A stretch of 64,000 nucleotides of DNA from assembly GCA_051294375.1 (NCBI GenBank), contig CM119269.1:5343609-5407608 (forward strand), written 5' to 3'. The notes under the pieces were generated by a model. That model was not told where the DNA came from and did not search any database. It worked only from the letters and a program-made list of their open reading frames with translations. The stretch comes from Paraspadella gotoi (taxonomy: Eukaryota > Animalia > Chaetognatha). Of this stretch, positions 27,012-42,192 are shown piece by piece (position 1 is the stretch's first letter; each line of letters starts with the position of its first letter). Position numbers and translations under genes: made by a program.

Positions 27012-29605
<2,594 letters not shown>

Positions 29606-29759
29606 CTCCAGAAAATTAAAATTAAAAAAGGAAGATTACGTTTTCATCGAGTGTATGATTTTTCAGAACATTCTCTTTCCTTCTCTCTCTTTCTTTCTTT
29701 CTCACTTTCTTTCTTTCTTTCTTTCTTTCTTCTTTCTTCTTTCTTCTCTCTTCTCTTCT

Positions 29760-29804
<45 letters not shown>

Positions 29805-30098
29805 ATCTCCCTCTCTCTCTTTCTCCAGCTGGCTTTTCTCTCTTATTTTCCTGCTCAGTTGAGGCAAAGAAATAGCGCCCTGCTGGCTGCGTTTTCGTCT
29901 TTAACGAGGAATGGAATTAAATTCATTATCAAATTTACATATTTTATACACCCAGTTTCTTGGACCTAAACCCCCTTTCCCTCTCGCTCAGTGCTAATCG
30001 TAAAAAAGACTAATAAATTATTTTCATTTCATATTATGGGTATTAAAAATGCTATGGAAAGAAATATACATGAATTAAAAGAGAGAGAGAAAGATGAA

Positions 30099-31007
30099 AA
30101 AGTCGTTTTCTGCGTCTTGTATTTAACGTTTTTTATCTAATTGAGAGGGGAGAGAAAGCTACATAAATTAAAGAGAAAAGAGAGAGAGAAGGGAGCATAA
30201 AAAAAAAAAAGAGGAGGAAATTGTTTGTTTTGATAAAAAGATATTTAATAACGTCCCTCACCAATTTTAACACTCGATGATGTTAATTTGCAGAAGTATT
30301 TAACCGGTTTTTTAGTTCTTTTTTCTTTGAAAATATCGTTTTCCGGTGTTTTAGAAATTTTTTATCTCTTTTACATTGGAAAAGCGGTTTTCTTTGTTTT
30401 AAAGTTGTTATCTCTTTGAAATATCGTTGCCGGTGTATTTAACATTTTTATTACTTTTTACTTTAGGAAAAGTCGTTTTATTCTTGGTGTTTTTTAACTC
30501 CTTTTTACATTTTGGAAAAAACTGTTTGCCTTTTTTTTTAAAGGGTTTATTTCTTTTTACATTGAAAAAAATCGTTTTCTGTTTTTTTTTTAAAGTTTTC
30601 ATATCTTTTTTTGAAGAGAAAAAGGTCGTTTTCTGGTGTATTTAACGTTTTATCTTTTGAGAGTGAGAGAAGCCTACATAAAATTTAAAGAGAAAAGACT
30701 GAGAGAGAAGGAGCATAAAATGTAAAGAAAGGAAATTTGTTTTTGTTTGATAAAAAGATATGTAATAACTGTGCCTCACCCAATTTTAACAACCCCCGAT
30801 GATGTTATTTGCAGAAGATTTAAGTTTTTATTTTCTTTTTTCTTTAAAATATGTTTTCGGTGTTTTAGAAATTTTTCATCTCTTTTTACATTGGAAAAAG
30901 CGAGTTTTTCTTTGTATTTTTAAAGTTGTTATCTCTTTGCGAAATATCGTCCTGCCGTGTATTTACCGTTTATCACTTTTTAACATTAGAAAAGTCGTTT
31001 ATCAGTT

Positions 31008-31055
<48 letters not shown>

Positions 31056-31191
31056 CTTTTTTTTTTTTATAATTTTCATTTTTTTTATTTTTATTTTTTT
31101 TTTTTTTATATATTTTTTTTTTTTTTTTTTATATTTAATATTATTTTTTTCTTTTTATTTTATTATTTTTTTATTTATTTTTTTTTTTTTT

Positions 31192-31236
<45 letters not shown>

Positions 31237-34200
31237 TTTTTACTTGGAAAAAAACGTTTGCGGTTTTTTTTTAAAGTTTATATTCTTTTTACATTTTAAA
31301 AAAAAATCGTTTTCTGTTATTTTAAAGTTTTCATATCTTTTTACAAAGAAAAAGTCGTTTTCTGGGTCTATTAACGTTTTTATCTATTGAGAGTGAGAGA
31401 AAGCTACATAAAAATTAAAGAGAAAGAGAAGAAGTAGACATAAAAATAAAAGAGAGGAAAGTGTTGTTTTGATAAAAAGATATTTAAAACTGTCCCTCAC
31501 CCAATTTTAACAACCTCGATGATGTTATTGCAGGAAAGTATTTAACGTTTTTATTCTTTTTTCTTTAAAAAATATCCGTGTTTCCGGGTTTTAGAAATTT
31601 TTTATCTCTTATATACATTGGAAAAGCGTTTTTTTGTTTTTAAATTGTCTATCTCTTTGGAAATATCGTCTGCCGCTGTATTTAAACGTTTTATCCACTT
31701 TTTACTTTAGAAAAGTCGTTTTATACGGTGTTTTTTAACTCTTTTTAATTGGAAAAACGTTGCCCGTTTTTTTTTTAAGGGTTTTTTTTCTTTTACATTG
31801 GAAAAATCGTTTTCTGTTATTTTTTTAAAGTTTTCATATCTTTTTACAGAGAAAAAGTCGTTTTTCTTGTCTGTATTTAACGTTTTTATCTTTAGAGTGA
31901 GAGAAAGCTACATAAAATTAAAGAGAAAGAGAGAGAGAGGGACATAAAAATAAAAGATAGGAAATTTGTTGTTTGATAAACAAGATATTTTATAACACTG
32001 TCCTCACCCAAATTTTAACAACCTCGATGATGATGTTATTGCAGAAGTATTTAACGTTTTTATTCTTTTTTTCTTGAAAATATCGTTTTCGGTGTTTTAG
32101 AAAATTTTTTATCTCTTTTACATTGGAAAAAAGCGTTTTTCTTTGCTTTTTAAATTGTTATCTCTTTGGAAATATCTGTCGCGCGTGTATTTTAACATTT
32201 TTATTACTTTTTACTTTAGAAGAAAAGTCGTTATCGTGTTTTTTAACTCTTTTACATTGGAAAAACGTTTGCCGTTTTTTCAAAAAAGTTTTTATTTCTT
32301 TTTACATTGGAAAAAATCGTTTTCATGTATATTTTTAAAGTTTTTCATATCTTTTTTACAGAGAAAAAAGTCGTTTTCTGGTGGTATTTTAAAGTTTTTA
32401 TTCTCTGAGAGTGAGAGAAAAGGCTTACATAAAAATTAAAGAGAAAGAAGAGAGAGAAGGAGACATAAAAATAAAAAGGAGGAAATTTGTTTGTTTTTGA
32501 TAAAAAGATATTTAATAACGTCCTCACCAATTTTAACAACCTGATGATGTTATTTGCAGAAGTATTTTAACCCGTTTTTATTTCTTTTTTCTTTGAAAAT
32601 ATCGTTTTCGTGTTTTAGAAAATTTTTTATCTCTTTTTACATTGGGAAAAAGCGTTTTTCTTGTTTTTAAAGTTGTTATCTCTTTTGCGAAATGTCTCTG
32701 CCGGTGTATTTAACTTTTTATTACTTTTTTACTTTGAAAAGTCGTTTATCTGGTTCTGTTTTTTTAACTCTTTTACATTGCGTAAAAAAACGTTGCCTTT
32801 TTTTTTTAAAAGTTTTATTCTTTTTACATTGGGAAAAAATCGTTTCGTTATTTTAAAGTTTTCATATCTTTTACAGAATAAAAAGTTCTAGCTATTTAAC
32901 GTTATCTATTGAGAGTGAGAGAAAGCTTACATAAAATTAAAGAGGGAAAAGAGAGAGGAGGAGACATGTTAAAAAATAAAGAGAGGGAAATTTGTTTGTT
33001 TTGATAAAAAAGATATATTAATAACTGTCCTCACCCAATTTTAATCAACCCGATTGATGTTATTTGCAAGTAATTTAACGTTTTTATTTCTTTTTCTTTA
33101 AAAATATTCGTTTTCGGTGTTTAGAATTTATCTCTTTGTTACATTGGAAAAAGCAGTTTTCTTGTATTTTTAAGTTGTTATCTCTTTTGGAAATATCGTC
33201 TGCCGCCTGTATTTAACGTTTTTATCACTTTTTACTTTAGAAAAGTCGTTTATCGGTGTTTTTAAACTTTTTACATTGGAAAAAAACGTTGCCCGTTTTT
33301 TTTTTAAAGTTTTTATTTTCTTTTTACATATGAAAAATCGTTTTCTGTCTTATTTTTAAAGTTTTCATATCTTTTTACAGAGAAAAAAGTCGTTTTCTGG
33401 TGTATTTAACGTTGTTATCTTTTGAGAGTGAGAGAAAGCTACATAAAAATTAAAGAGAAAAGAGGAGGAGAAAGGGACATTTAAAAATAAAGAGAGGAAA
33501 TTTGTGTTTTTGATAAAAGATATTTAAAAACTGTCCTCACCAATTATTAACAAACCTCGATGATGTTATTTGCAGAAGTAATTTAACGTTTTATTTCTTT
33601 TTCTTTGAAAATATCGTTTTCCGGTGTTTAGAAATTTTTTTATCTCTTTTTACATTGTAAAAAGCGTTTTCTGTGTTTTTAAAGTTGTTATCTCTTTGCG
33701 AAATGTCGTCTGCCGGGTATTTACCGTTTTTATTACTTTTACTTGTAGAAAAGTCGTTTCATCGGTGTTTAAACTCTTTTTACATTGGAAAAAACGTTGC
33801 CGTTTTTTTTTTAATAGTTTTATTCTTTTTACATTCGGAAAACAATCGTTTTTCTGTTTTTAAAGTTTTTCATATCTTACAGAGAAAAAGTCGTTTTTCT
33901 GGTGATTTAAGTTTTATCTATTGAGAGTGAGAGAAAAGCACATAAAATTAAAGAGGAAAAGATGAGAGAGAAGGACGACATAAAAATAAAAGAGAGAAAT
34001 GAATGTTCTTGATAAAAAGATATATTATAAACTGTCCTCACCCCAATTTAACAACCCTCGATGATGTTATTTGCAGAAGTATTTAACGTTTTTATTTCTT
34101 TTTTCTTTTAAAACATATCGTTTTCCGCGGTGTTTTAAGAAATTTTTTATCTCTTTTTACATTGGAAAAAAGCAGTTTTTCTTTGTTTTTTAAAATTGTT

Positions 34201-37200
34201 ATCTCTTTGGAATATCGTTCTGCCCGCGTATTTAACGTTTCTATCACTTGTTTACTTTAGAAAAAGTCGTTTATCGGTGTTTTTAACTCTTTTTACATTG
34301 AAAAAACGTTTTGCCGTTTTTTTTTTACAAGTTTTTATTTCTTTTTAACATTGGAAAAAATCGTTCTGTATTTTTAAAAGTTTTCATATCTTTTAACAGA
34401 GAAAAAGTCGTTTCTGCTTGTATTTAACGTTTTATCTTTTGAGAGTAGAGAAGCTACATTAAAATTAAAGAGAAAAGAGAGAGAGAAGGACGACATAAAA
34501 ATAAAAAGAGAGAATTTGTTTGTTTTGATAAAAAGATATTTAATAACTGTCCTCACCCAATTTAACAACCTCGATGATGTTATTGCAGAAGTATTTAACG
34601 TTTTTATTTCTTCTTTGAAATATATCGTTTTCCGGTGTTTTAGAAATTTTTTATCTTCTTTTTAACATTGGAAAAAGCGTTTTCTTTGTTTTAAAGTTGT
34701 TATCTCTGGAAATGTCGTCTGCCGTGTATTTAACGTTTTTATTACTTTTTACTTTAGAAAGTCGTTTATCGGTGTTTTTTAACTTCTTTTTACATTGCGA
34801 AAAACGTTTGCCTTTTTTTAAAGTTTTACTTCCTTTTATACATTGAAAAAATCGTTTTCTGTATTTTAAAGCTTTTCATCATCTTTTTAGCGAGGAAAAA
34901 AGTCGTTTTCTTGGTTTATTTAACCGTTTTTATCTATTGAGAGTGAGAGCAAAGCTACATTAAAATTAAAGAGAAAAGAGAGAGAGAAAGGAGACATAAA
35001 AATAAAAGAGAGGGAAATTTGTTGGTTTTGATAAAAAGATATTTAATAACTGTCCTCACCCAATTTAACAAACCTCGATGATGTTATTTGCAGAAGTATT
35101 TAACGTTTTTTTATTTCTTTTTGTGCTTTAAAATATCGTTTTCCGGTGTTCGTTTTAGAAATTTTTGTATCTCTTTTTACATTGGAAAAAGCGTTTTTCT
35201 TTGTTTTAAAATTGTTTATCTCTTTGGAAATATCGTCTGCCGCTGTATTTAACGTTTTTATCATTTTTTACTTTAGAAAAGTGCGTTTATCGGTGTTTTT
35301 AACTCTTTTTAGTATTGGAAAAAACGCTTTGCCGTTTTTTTTTAAAGTTATTTATTTACTTTACCATTGAAAAAATCGTTTTTCGGTTTTTTTTTTAAAG
35401 TTTTCATATCTTTTTAGCGAGGAAAAGTCGTCTTTCTGGTGTATTTAACGTTTTTATCTATGATGAGTGAGAGAAAGCTACACTAAAATTAAAAGAGAAA
35501 AGAGAGAGAGAAGGAGGACATAAAATAAAAGAGAGGAAATTTGTTGTTTTGATAAAAGATATTTAATAACTGTCCTGCACCCAATTTTAACAACCTCGAT
35601 GATGTTATTTGGCAGGAAGTATTTTAACGTTTTTATTTCCTTTTTTCGTTAAAATATCGTTTTCCGCTGTTTTTAAGAAATTTTTTATCTCTTTTTACAT
35701 TGAAAAAGCGTTTTTCTTTGTTTTTAAAAGTTGGTTTATCTCTTTCGGAAATATCGTCTGCCGCTTTATTAACGTTTTTATCACTTTTACTTTAGAAAAG
35801 TCGTATAAGGATGTTTTTTAACTCTTTTTACAATTGGAAAAAACGTTTGCCGTTGTTTATTTAAAGTTTTTAATTTCTTTTGTACAGTTGCGAAAAAAAT
35901 CGTTTTGTGTATTTTAAAAGTTTTCATATCTTTTTACAGAGAAAAAGTCGTTTTCTGGTGTATGTAAGTTTTTATCTTGAAGAGTGAGAGAATATCTAAA
36001 TTAAAAGAGAAAAGAGAGAGAGGCAAGGAGACATAAAAAATAAAGAGAGGAAATTGTTGTGTTTGCATAAAAAGATATTTAATAAAACTGTGCGCTCACC
36101 CAATTTTAACAACTCGATGATGTATATTTGCAGAAAGTATTTAACGTTTTTATTTCTTTTTTTCTTTTGAAAATATCGTTTGCCGTGTATTAGAAATTTT
36201 TATTTCTTTTTACAGGGAAAAAAAGCGTTTTTTTGTTTTAAAGTTGTTATCTCTTCTGGAAATATTCGTCTGCCGGTGTATTAACGTTTTATACTTTTTA
36301 CTTTAGAAAAGTCGTTTAATCGGATATATATATATTTATTACATTGGAAAAACCAGTTTTTTTGCCGTTTTTTTTAAAAGTTTTTTATTTTTCTTTTTAC
36401 ATTGAAAAAAATATTTTTCTGTTATTTTAAAGTTTTCATAATCTTTTCAAGAGAAAAAGTCGTTTCTGGTGTATTAACGTATTTTATCGTATTGAGAGTG
36501 AATAAAGCTAGCATACAAATAAAGAGAAAAGAGAGAGAGAAGGAGAACATAAAAATAAAAGAGAGAAATTTGTTTGTTTTGATACAAAGATATTAAATAA
36601 CTGTTCCTCACCCAATTTTAACAACCTCCGATGATGTTATTGCAGAAAGTATTTAACGTTTTTTATTGATTTTTTCTTGAAATATTCTTTTTCCGCGTTG
36701 TTTAGAATTTTTTTATCTCTTTTTACTGTTGGAAAAAAAAGCGTTTTCTTTGTTTTTAAAGTTTGTTATCTTTTGGGAAATTCGTCTGCCGGGTGTATTA
36801 ACGTTTTTATTACTTTTTACTTAGAAAACGTCGTTTATCGGTGTTTTTTAACTCTAATTGCGAAAAAAACGTTTGCCGTTTTTTTTTAAGTTTTTTATTT
36901 CTTTTTACAGTTGGAAAAAAAATCGTTTTTCTGTTATTTAAGTTTTTCATTATCTTTTTACAGAGAAAAAGTCGTTTCTGGTGTATTTAACGTTTCTTAT
37001 CTATTGAGAGTTAGAGAAAGCTACATTAAAATTAAGGAAAAAGAGATGGAGAAGGAGACATAAAATAAAAGAGAGGAAATTTGTTTGTTTTTATAAAAAA
37101 TATTTAATAACTGTCCTCACCCAATTTTAACAACCTCGATGATGTTATTTGCAGAAGTATTTAACGTTTTTATTTTTTTTTTTCTTTGAAAATTATCGTT

Positions 37201-37918
37201 TTCCGGTGTTTTAAAATTTTTATCTCTTTTCTACTTGGAAAAAGCGTTTTTCTTTGTTTTTTTAAAAAGTTGTTATCTCTTGGAAATATCGTCTCCGCTG
37301 TATTTAACGTTTTATCACTTTACTTAGAAAAGTCGTTTATCGGTGGTTTTTTATAATTTTTTTACATTGAAAAAAACGTTTGCAGTTTATTTTAAAAAGT
37401 TTTTATTTCTTTTTACATTGAAAAAAATTCGTTTTCTGACTTATTTTTAAAGTTTTTCATAATCATTTTAATAGACGAGAGAAAAGAATAACAGTTTTCT
37501 GCGTGTATTTTAAACGTTTTTATCTAATAGAAGAAAGTGAGAGGAAAGCTACATTAAAATTAAAAGAGAAAGAGAGAGGAGAAGGAAGACATAAAAATAA
37601 AAGAGTGGAAATGTTGTTTGATTTTTGATAAAAAGATATTTATAAACTGTCCTACCCAATTTTAACAACTCGATAAATGATTATTTCAGAAGTATTAACG
37701 TTTTATTTCTTTTTCTTTGAAAATGATCGTTTCCGGTGTATTTAGAAATTTTTATTCTCCTTTAAACATTGGAAAAACTTTCTTTGTTTTTAAAGTTGTT
37801 ATCTCTTTGGAAAATCGTCTGCGCTGTATTTAACGTTTTTATCACTTTTTACTTTAGAGAAAAGTCGTTTATCAGTGTTTTTTTAATATTTTTTTACATT
37901 GGAACGTTTGCCGTTTTT
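30099..37918. repeat. Satellite array, ~15 units of ~512 bp
   Basis: The marker gagagtgagagaaagctacat recurs near 30143, 30659, 31389, 31894, 32407, 32911, 33424, 33923, 34441, 34939, 35462, 35981, 36494, 37006 and 37535. One unit is interrupted by a ~230-nt T-rich tract (31006-31240). Confidence 0.95.
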
Positions 37919-38117
37919 AGTCGGATCTGCTTATCAGCAGGATCCCGACTCTATAACTCACTTTTTATAACTCACTTTTTCGGTCCGTCGGTCCGCCCCC
38001 TCAATATTGGCGGGCACACACTTATATCATGTCAGAACATCGGAATTATGATAAATTATGCAAAAAAAATGACTGGTCCGTCCGTCCGTCTGTCCTCCGT
38101 TTCCGTCCGTCGTCCGT
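37914..38117 (+). mobile_element. 5'-terminal module of a DINE-1/Helentron-like element
   Basis: T-run, then a GC-rich hairpin agtcggatctgct-tatc-agcaggatcccgact (37919-37950), ctataactcacttttt, then (GTCC/GTCG)n tracts at 37981-37995 and 38075-38118. Confidence 0.55.
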
Positions 38118-39967
38118 CTTCGCTCGCTCTCAGTCTCTCTCTTTTTTTTTTCACTTTTCTGTTCCAATTCTCTACCTCTCTTCATTAATACTTCTCCCCT
38201 CTCCTTTATTCTTTTAATCATTAATCTTTCTTCTTCTCCGCTTTCCCTCCTTTCTTTTCTTTTTATTTTCCCCCCTTTTTCTTTTGTCTTTATTTTTTCT
38301 CTCTCATTCGCTGCCAACTTTTCTCATATTCTCTTTAGTTTTTCATAGTACTTTCAATTTTATCTCTCCCAGTTGAACATTTTTCACCTTAGGCTTATCC
38401 TAAAATCTTTAGCAAAGTCTATAATGAAACTTTCATCATGGTCGTTAAACATTATAAATCACTTTGTTTTCGATTGTTATTTATATTTATTGTATACACG
38501 GGACATCTGTTTTGAAATGAATTAAAACAAAACAAAACATGATTTTTTTTTCTTTCAAAGTTCAAAACCATCCATCGATGAATCACTGTGAACGCCAGAA
38601 ACGCGCCGTCGTAAATCAATCATTAGATCAATGAATGAATCGGGAATTGAATGGAATGGAGTGATTTCTAACAAACGAGCTCCGAATGAATCAAATGACG
38701 GGCGACTGCGGCGCGGCTGCGGTGGTTGCTGGGCGTGACGCCGCCTCATCTCTTTCAAACCCGCGAGGGCTCATTCGTCTCGAGAGCAGGAACGAACTAG
38801 AGAAACAAAAGGGAATCGGAGAATGAGCGAGTCTTTGTGACGGCGAAATTCTTAGTTTCAATTGAAATTCAAAAATACAAAATGAAAATATATAATTAGA
38901 GTTAAATGAACAAGGATCTCAGGTAAAGTAAAAAAAGGGTAGTGTAAACATTTAATTAGCTATAGAAAAGCAATAATACCTGTTTAATTAAAAATAAAAT
39001 CCGTTTTAAAAGCCCTTTACAAAATTACTAATAAAACAGTAAACTAATTCGCGAGGAGGAAAAGACAGTTTGGTTGTGAATATGAAAGAAAGAAGAGCGT
39101 CAAAAAATAGAGCGAAGAACTGACTCGAGTAAGGAAGACTGGCGCAATGATCAACTAAACTCGTCTTCTTGAAGTGAACGCGGGTGGAAGGAGTGAAGGA
39201 GCCCTTCTCCGAAAGCACCTTTGATGTCAGGTAAGGCATTTGTTTGGCGTCGAAGGTAGATTCAAGATATATACAACTTGAATTAATTTCATGCAAAAAT
39301 CTAATTACATTTTTTTTTCATACACATAAAAATATTTGAATAAGAAATTAAACTATATTTATTAGCTTTGTCATTAACCAATTACTGTTTTAGAACGAAA
39401 TCCCCAAAAGTATATAAACCTTTAATTTTTAAAACAAAAACCCAACGTCAAAGTTTTGTTAAAATCGCGTTTATTTTCTGTTTTCTTTTCTTTTCCTATC
39501 GTTTTCTCTTATTGAATTTTGTATTTTGTTTTCCCTTTTTTTTTTTTTTCCTCCAGTTACCAAAAAAGTCGCCCCAAAATTCTCGTTGGCGTCGCGCTGT
39601 TTGTCGCCTGCCGTTTCTTTTTCTTCGCCCTCCTGTCCGTATCCGCGTGCTGCTGACGCTGCCCGTTCGGCGCCCCCTCCTCCGCCGCGCCGCCTTTCGC
39701 GCACGTCTCTTCAAACTCCGCTCTGCGACCAAAAAGCGACGACGTCGAAAAATATCGTGATTTTCCTAAAGAATTTCCCGCGCCATTCGTCGCTTTCAGG
39801 CCGAGCGGCGGGGCGGCGCGGCGGCGGAGGCGGCGGCGCGACGCGCGGCGCGGGCCGCGGGCGCGGCGGCGGCGCGGGCGGAGGCAGAAAGCAAGGATGG
39901 TGAAGAAAAGAGGAAAATGATTAGCGAGGACTCCATTTCTTTCCTAACACTTCCTTTCTCCTCTCTC

Positions 39968-40042
<75 letters not shown>

Positions 40043-41696
40043 CTCATTTCACCTTTTCTTACTTTCCTTTTCTCTCCTTTCAAATTCGATTTTTTATGTC
40101 GTCAATTTCCGGTCAAACAACTTACTAGATTGGGAACGTTTTTTGCCGCCGTCGTCTTCGTCGTCGTCGTCGTCGGTCTTCGACGTCTACATCGACCCAC
40201 AGTTTTGATGAAGATGGCGGACTGGTACTCCTCTCCTGTAACTGGGATAATCAGCGCGGTGGACGACGCACGACACGACGACACAGTTGATGATGATATG
40301 ATGATGATGTGTGATGATGGATGAATGATGATGATGATGATCATTGGAACCAGGATGAATAAAATGACAACATGATTATGAAAATCTATTTAAAAAAATG
40401 AATACGGTCATGATATGATGGTGATAAATATGGTTGCGACGACGACGATCGCGACGACGACAACTATGATGACGACGACGACCTTAAGATGCGACGAAAG
40501 AGGCGACCGATGCGTTCAACACAAACAAAGACGACCCCTAGCTCCTCAAAGGAGAGAGAAGGTTAGAAGTGAGAAGAGGGGACCTACAGATTCGGTAGGA
40601 CACGATGACGATGTCATTATGACAAGTGAGGACGATTGTAGCAAGGAGGATCGATACTATACGGGAATGTGATAATGAAATGAGATGATTTGTCATAAGA
40701 GTGAGGATCTGTGTCAATACGAGGAGGATCAGGTCATAAGTAGATCCCGATGGTCATAATGAACAAAGTGATCGATTGTTCAATGACAGGAGGCGAGGTC
40801 ATTATGCAGTGGGATCATTGGTCTTATGACAAAGTGAGGATCGATTGATCGTCATTAATGACAAAGTGAGGATCGATTGTGTCATTATGACAAAGTGAGG
40901 ATCGATTGTGGTCATTAATGACAAAGTGAGGATCGCATTGTGTCATTAACACAGAGTCAGATGCTGAGCTTTAAAAAAACAACAGACAAGCCATCATTTA
41001 AAGCCTTGGTGAAGACTGAGTCTCTTATAAAATCATTATAACTATTAAAAGTCATTAAAGTGTTGACAATATCATCCGTATTCAATGTTTTGTATGTATG
41101 TTCTTCTTTAATTTTTCAATTTAGTATAAATATTTCTCTTTGATAAAATCTTTTTACGGCTCCGAGATTTTGTTTCCAAAATTGTTTTTCGAAATCTTTT
41201 TGTTTCTCCACAATCTGTTTCTTTCGTAATACTTTTGCTTTTCCTGAATCTTTTTGTTTCTCCAAATCTTTTTACTTTCCTAAACTTTTGCTTTCCTTGA
41301 ATATTTTTTGTTACCTTAAATCTTTTTCTTTCCCTTTAGCTAATCTTTTTTTTTCCCCTTAATCTCTCTTTTCTTTCGTCGTCACCTGAATGTTTACGTT
41401 TTCCGACGACGAAAAGACGGAGGAACCGAGCGATCTTTTTCTTTAACTTTCCTCCATTTTCTTCTTTTCTTTTCTTTCCTTTTTTCCTCCGATTCATCAT
41501 CGCCTTTCGCCGGTGGTGACGTCCTAGGTCGTCGTCGTCGTCTCCGACAGAAAATTAAAATTAAAAAAGGGAAGTATACGTTTTCATCGAGTTTATGATT
41601 TTTCGAACATTCTCTTTCCTCTCTCTCTTTCTTTTCTTTCTCACTTTCTTTCTTTCTTTCTTTCTTCTTTCTTCTTCTCTCCTCTCTCTTCTCTCT

Positions 41697-41749
<53 letters not shown>

Positions 41750-42192
41750 TTTATCTCCCTCTCTCTCTTTGCTCCAAGCTGGCTCTCTCTTTATTTTCCT
41801 GCTCAGTGAGGCAAAGAAATAGCGCCCTGCTGGCTGCGTTTTCGTCTTTAACGAGGAATGGAATTAAATCATTATCAAAGTTTACATATTTTATACACCC
41901 CAGTTTCTTGGACCTAAATCCCCCTTTCCCTACTCGCTCAGTGCTAATCGGTAAAAAAGACTAATAAATTATTTTCATTTCATATTATGGGTATTAAAAA
42001 TGCTATGGAAGAAATATACATGAATTAAAAAGAGAGAGAGAAAGAAAAGAAGAGAGATGAGAGAGAAAGAGAGAAAGAGAGAGAGAGAGAGGAGAGAGAG
42101 AGCAGAGAGACGAAGAGAGGAGAGAGAGAGAGAGAGGAGAGAAAGAANNNNNNNNNNNNNNNNNNNNNNNNNAAGAGAGAAAGAAAGATGAA
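38118..42192 (+). repeat. Direct duplication 3, copy A' (indel-rich; includes the 25-N gap at 42148-42172)
   Basis: Collinear with 26449-30098; the same exons carry many frameshifts. Confidence 0.9.

Noticed and set aside
31006-31240. Poly(T) tract as a retroposed poly(A) tail
   Set aside because: No attached element body or TSD; more likely a low-quality read segment within the satellite.
30408-37900. Many Phe/Leu/Lys-rich ORFs
   Set aside because: Translations of the AT-rich satellite; frames are not conserved between units.
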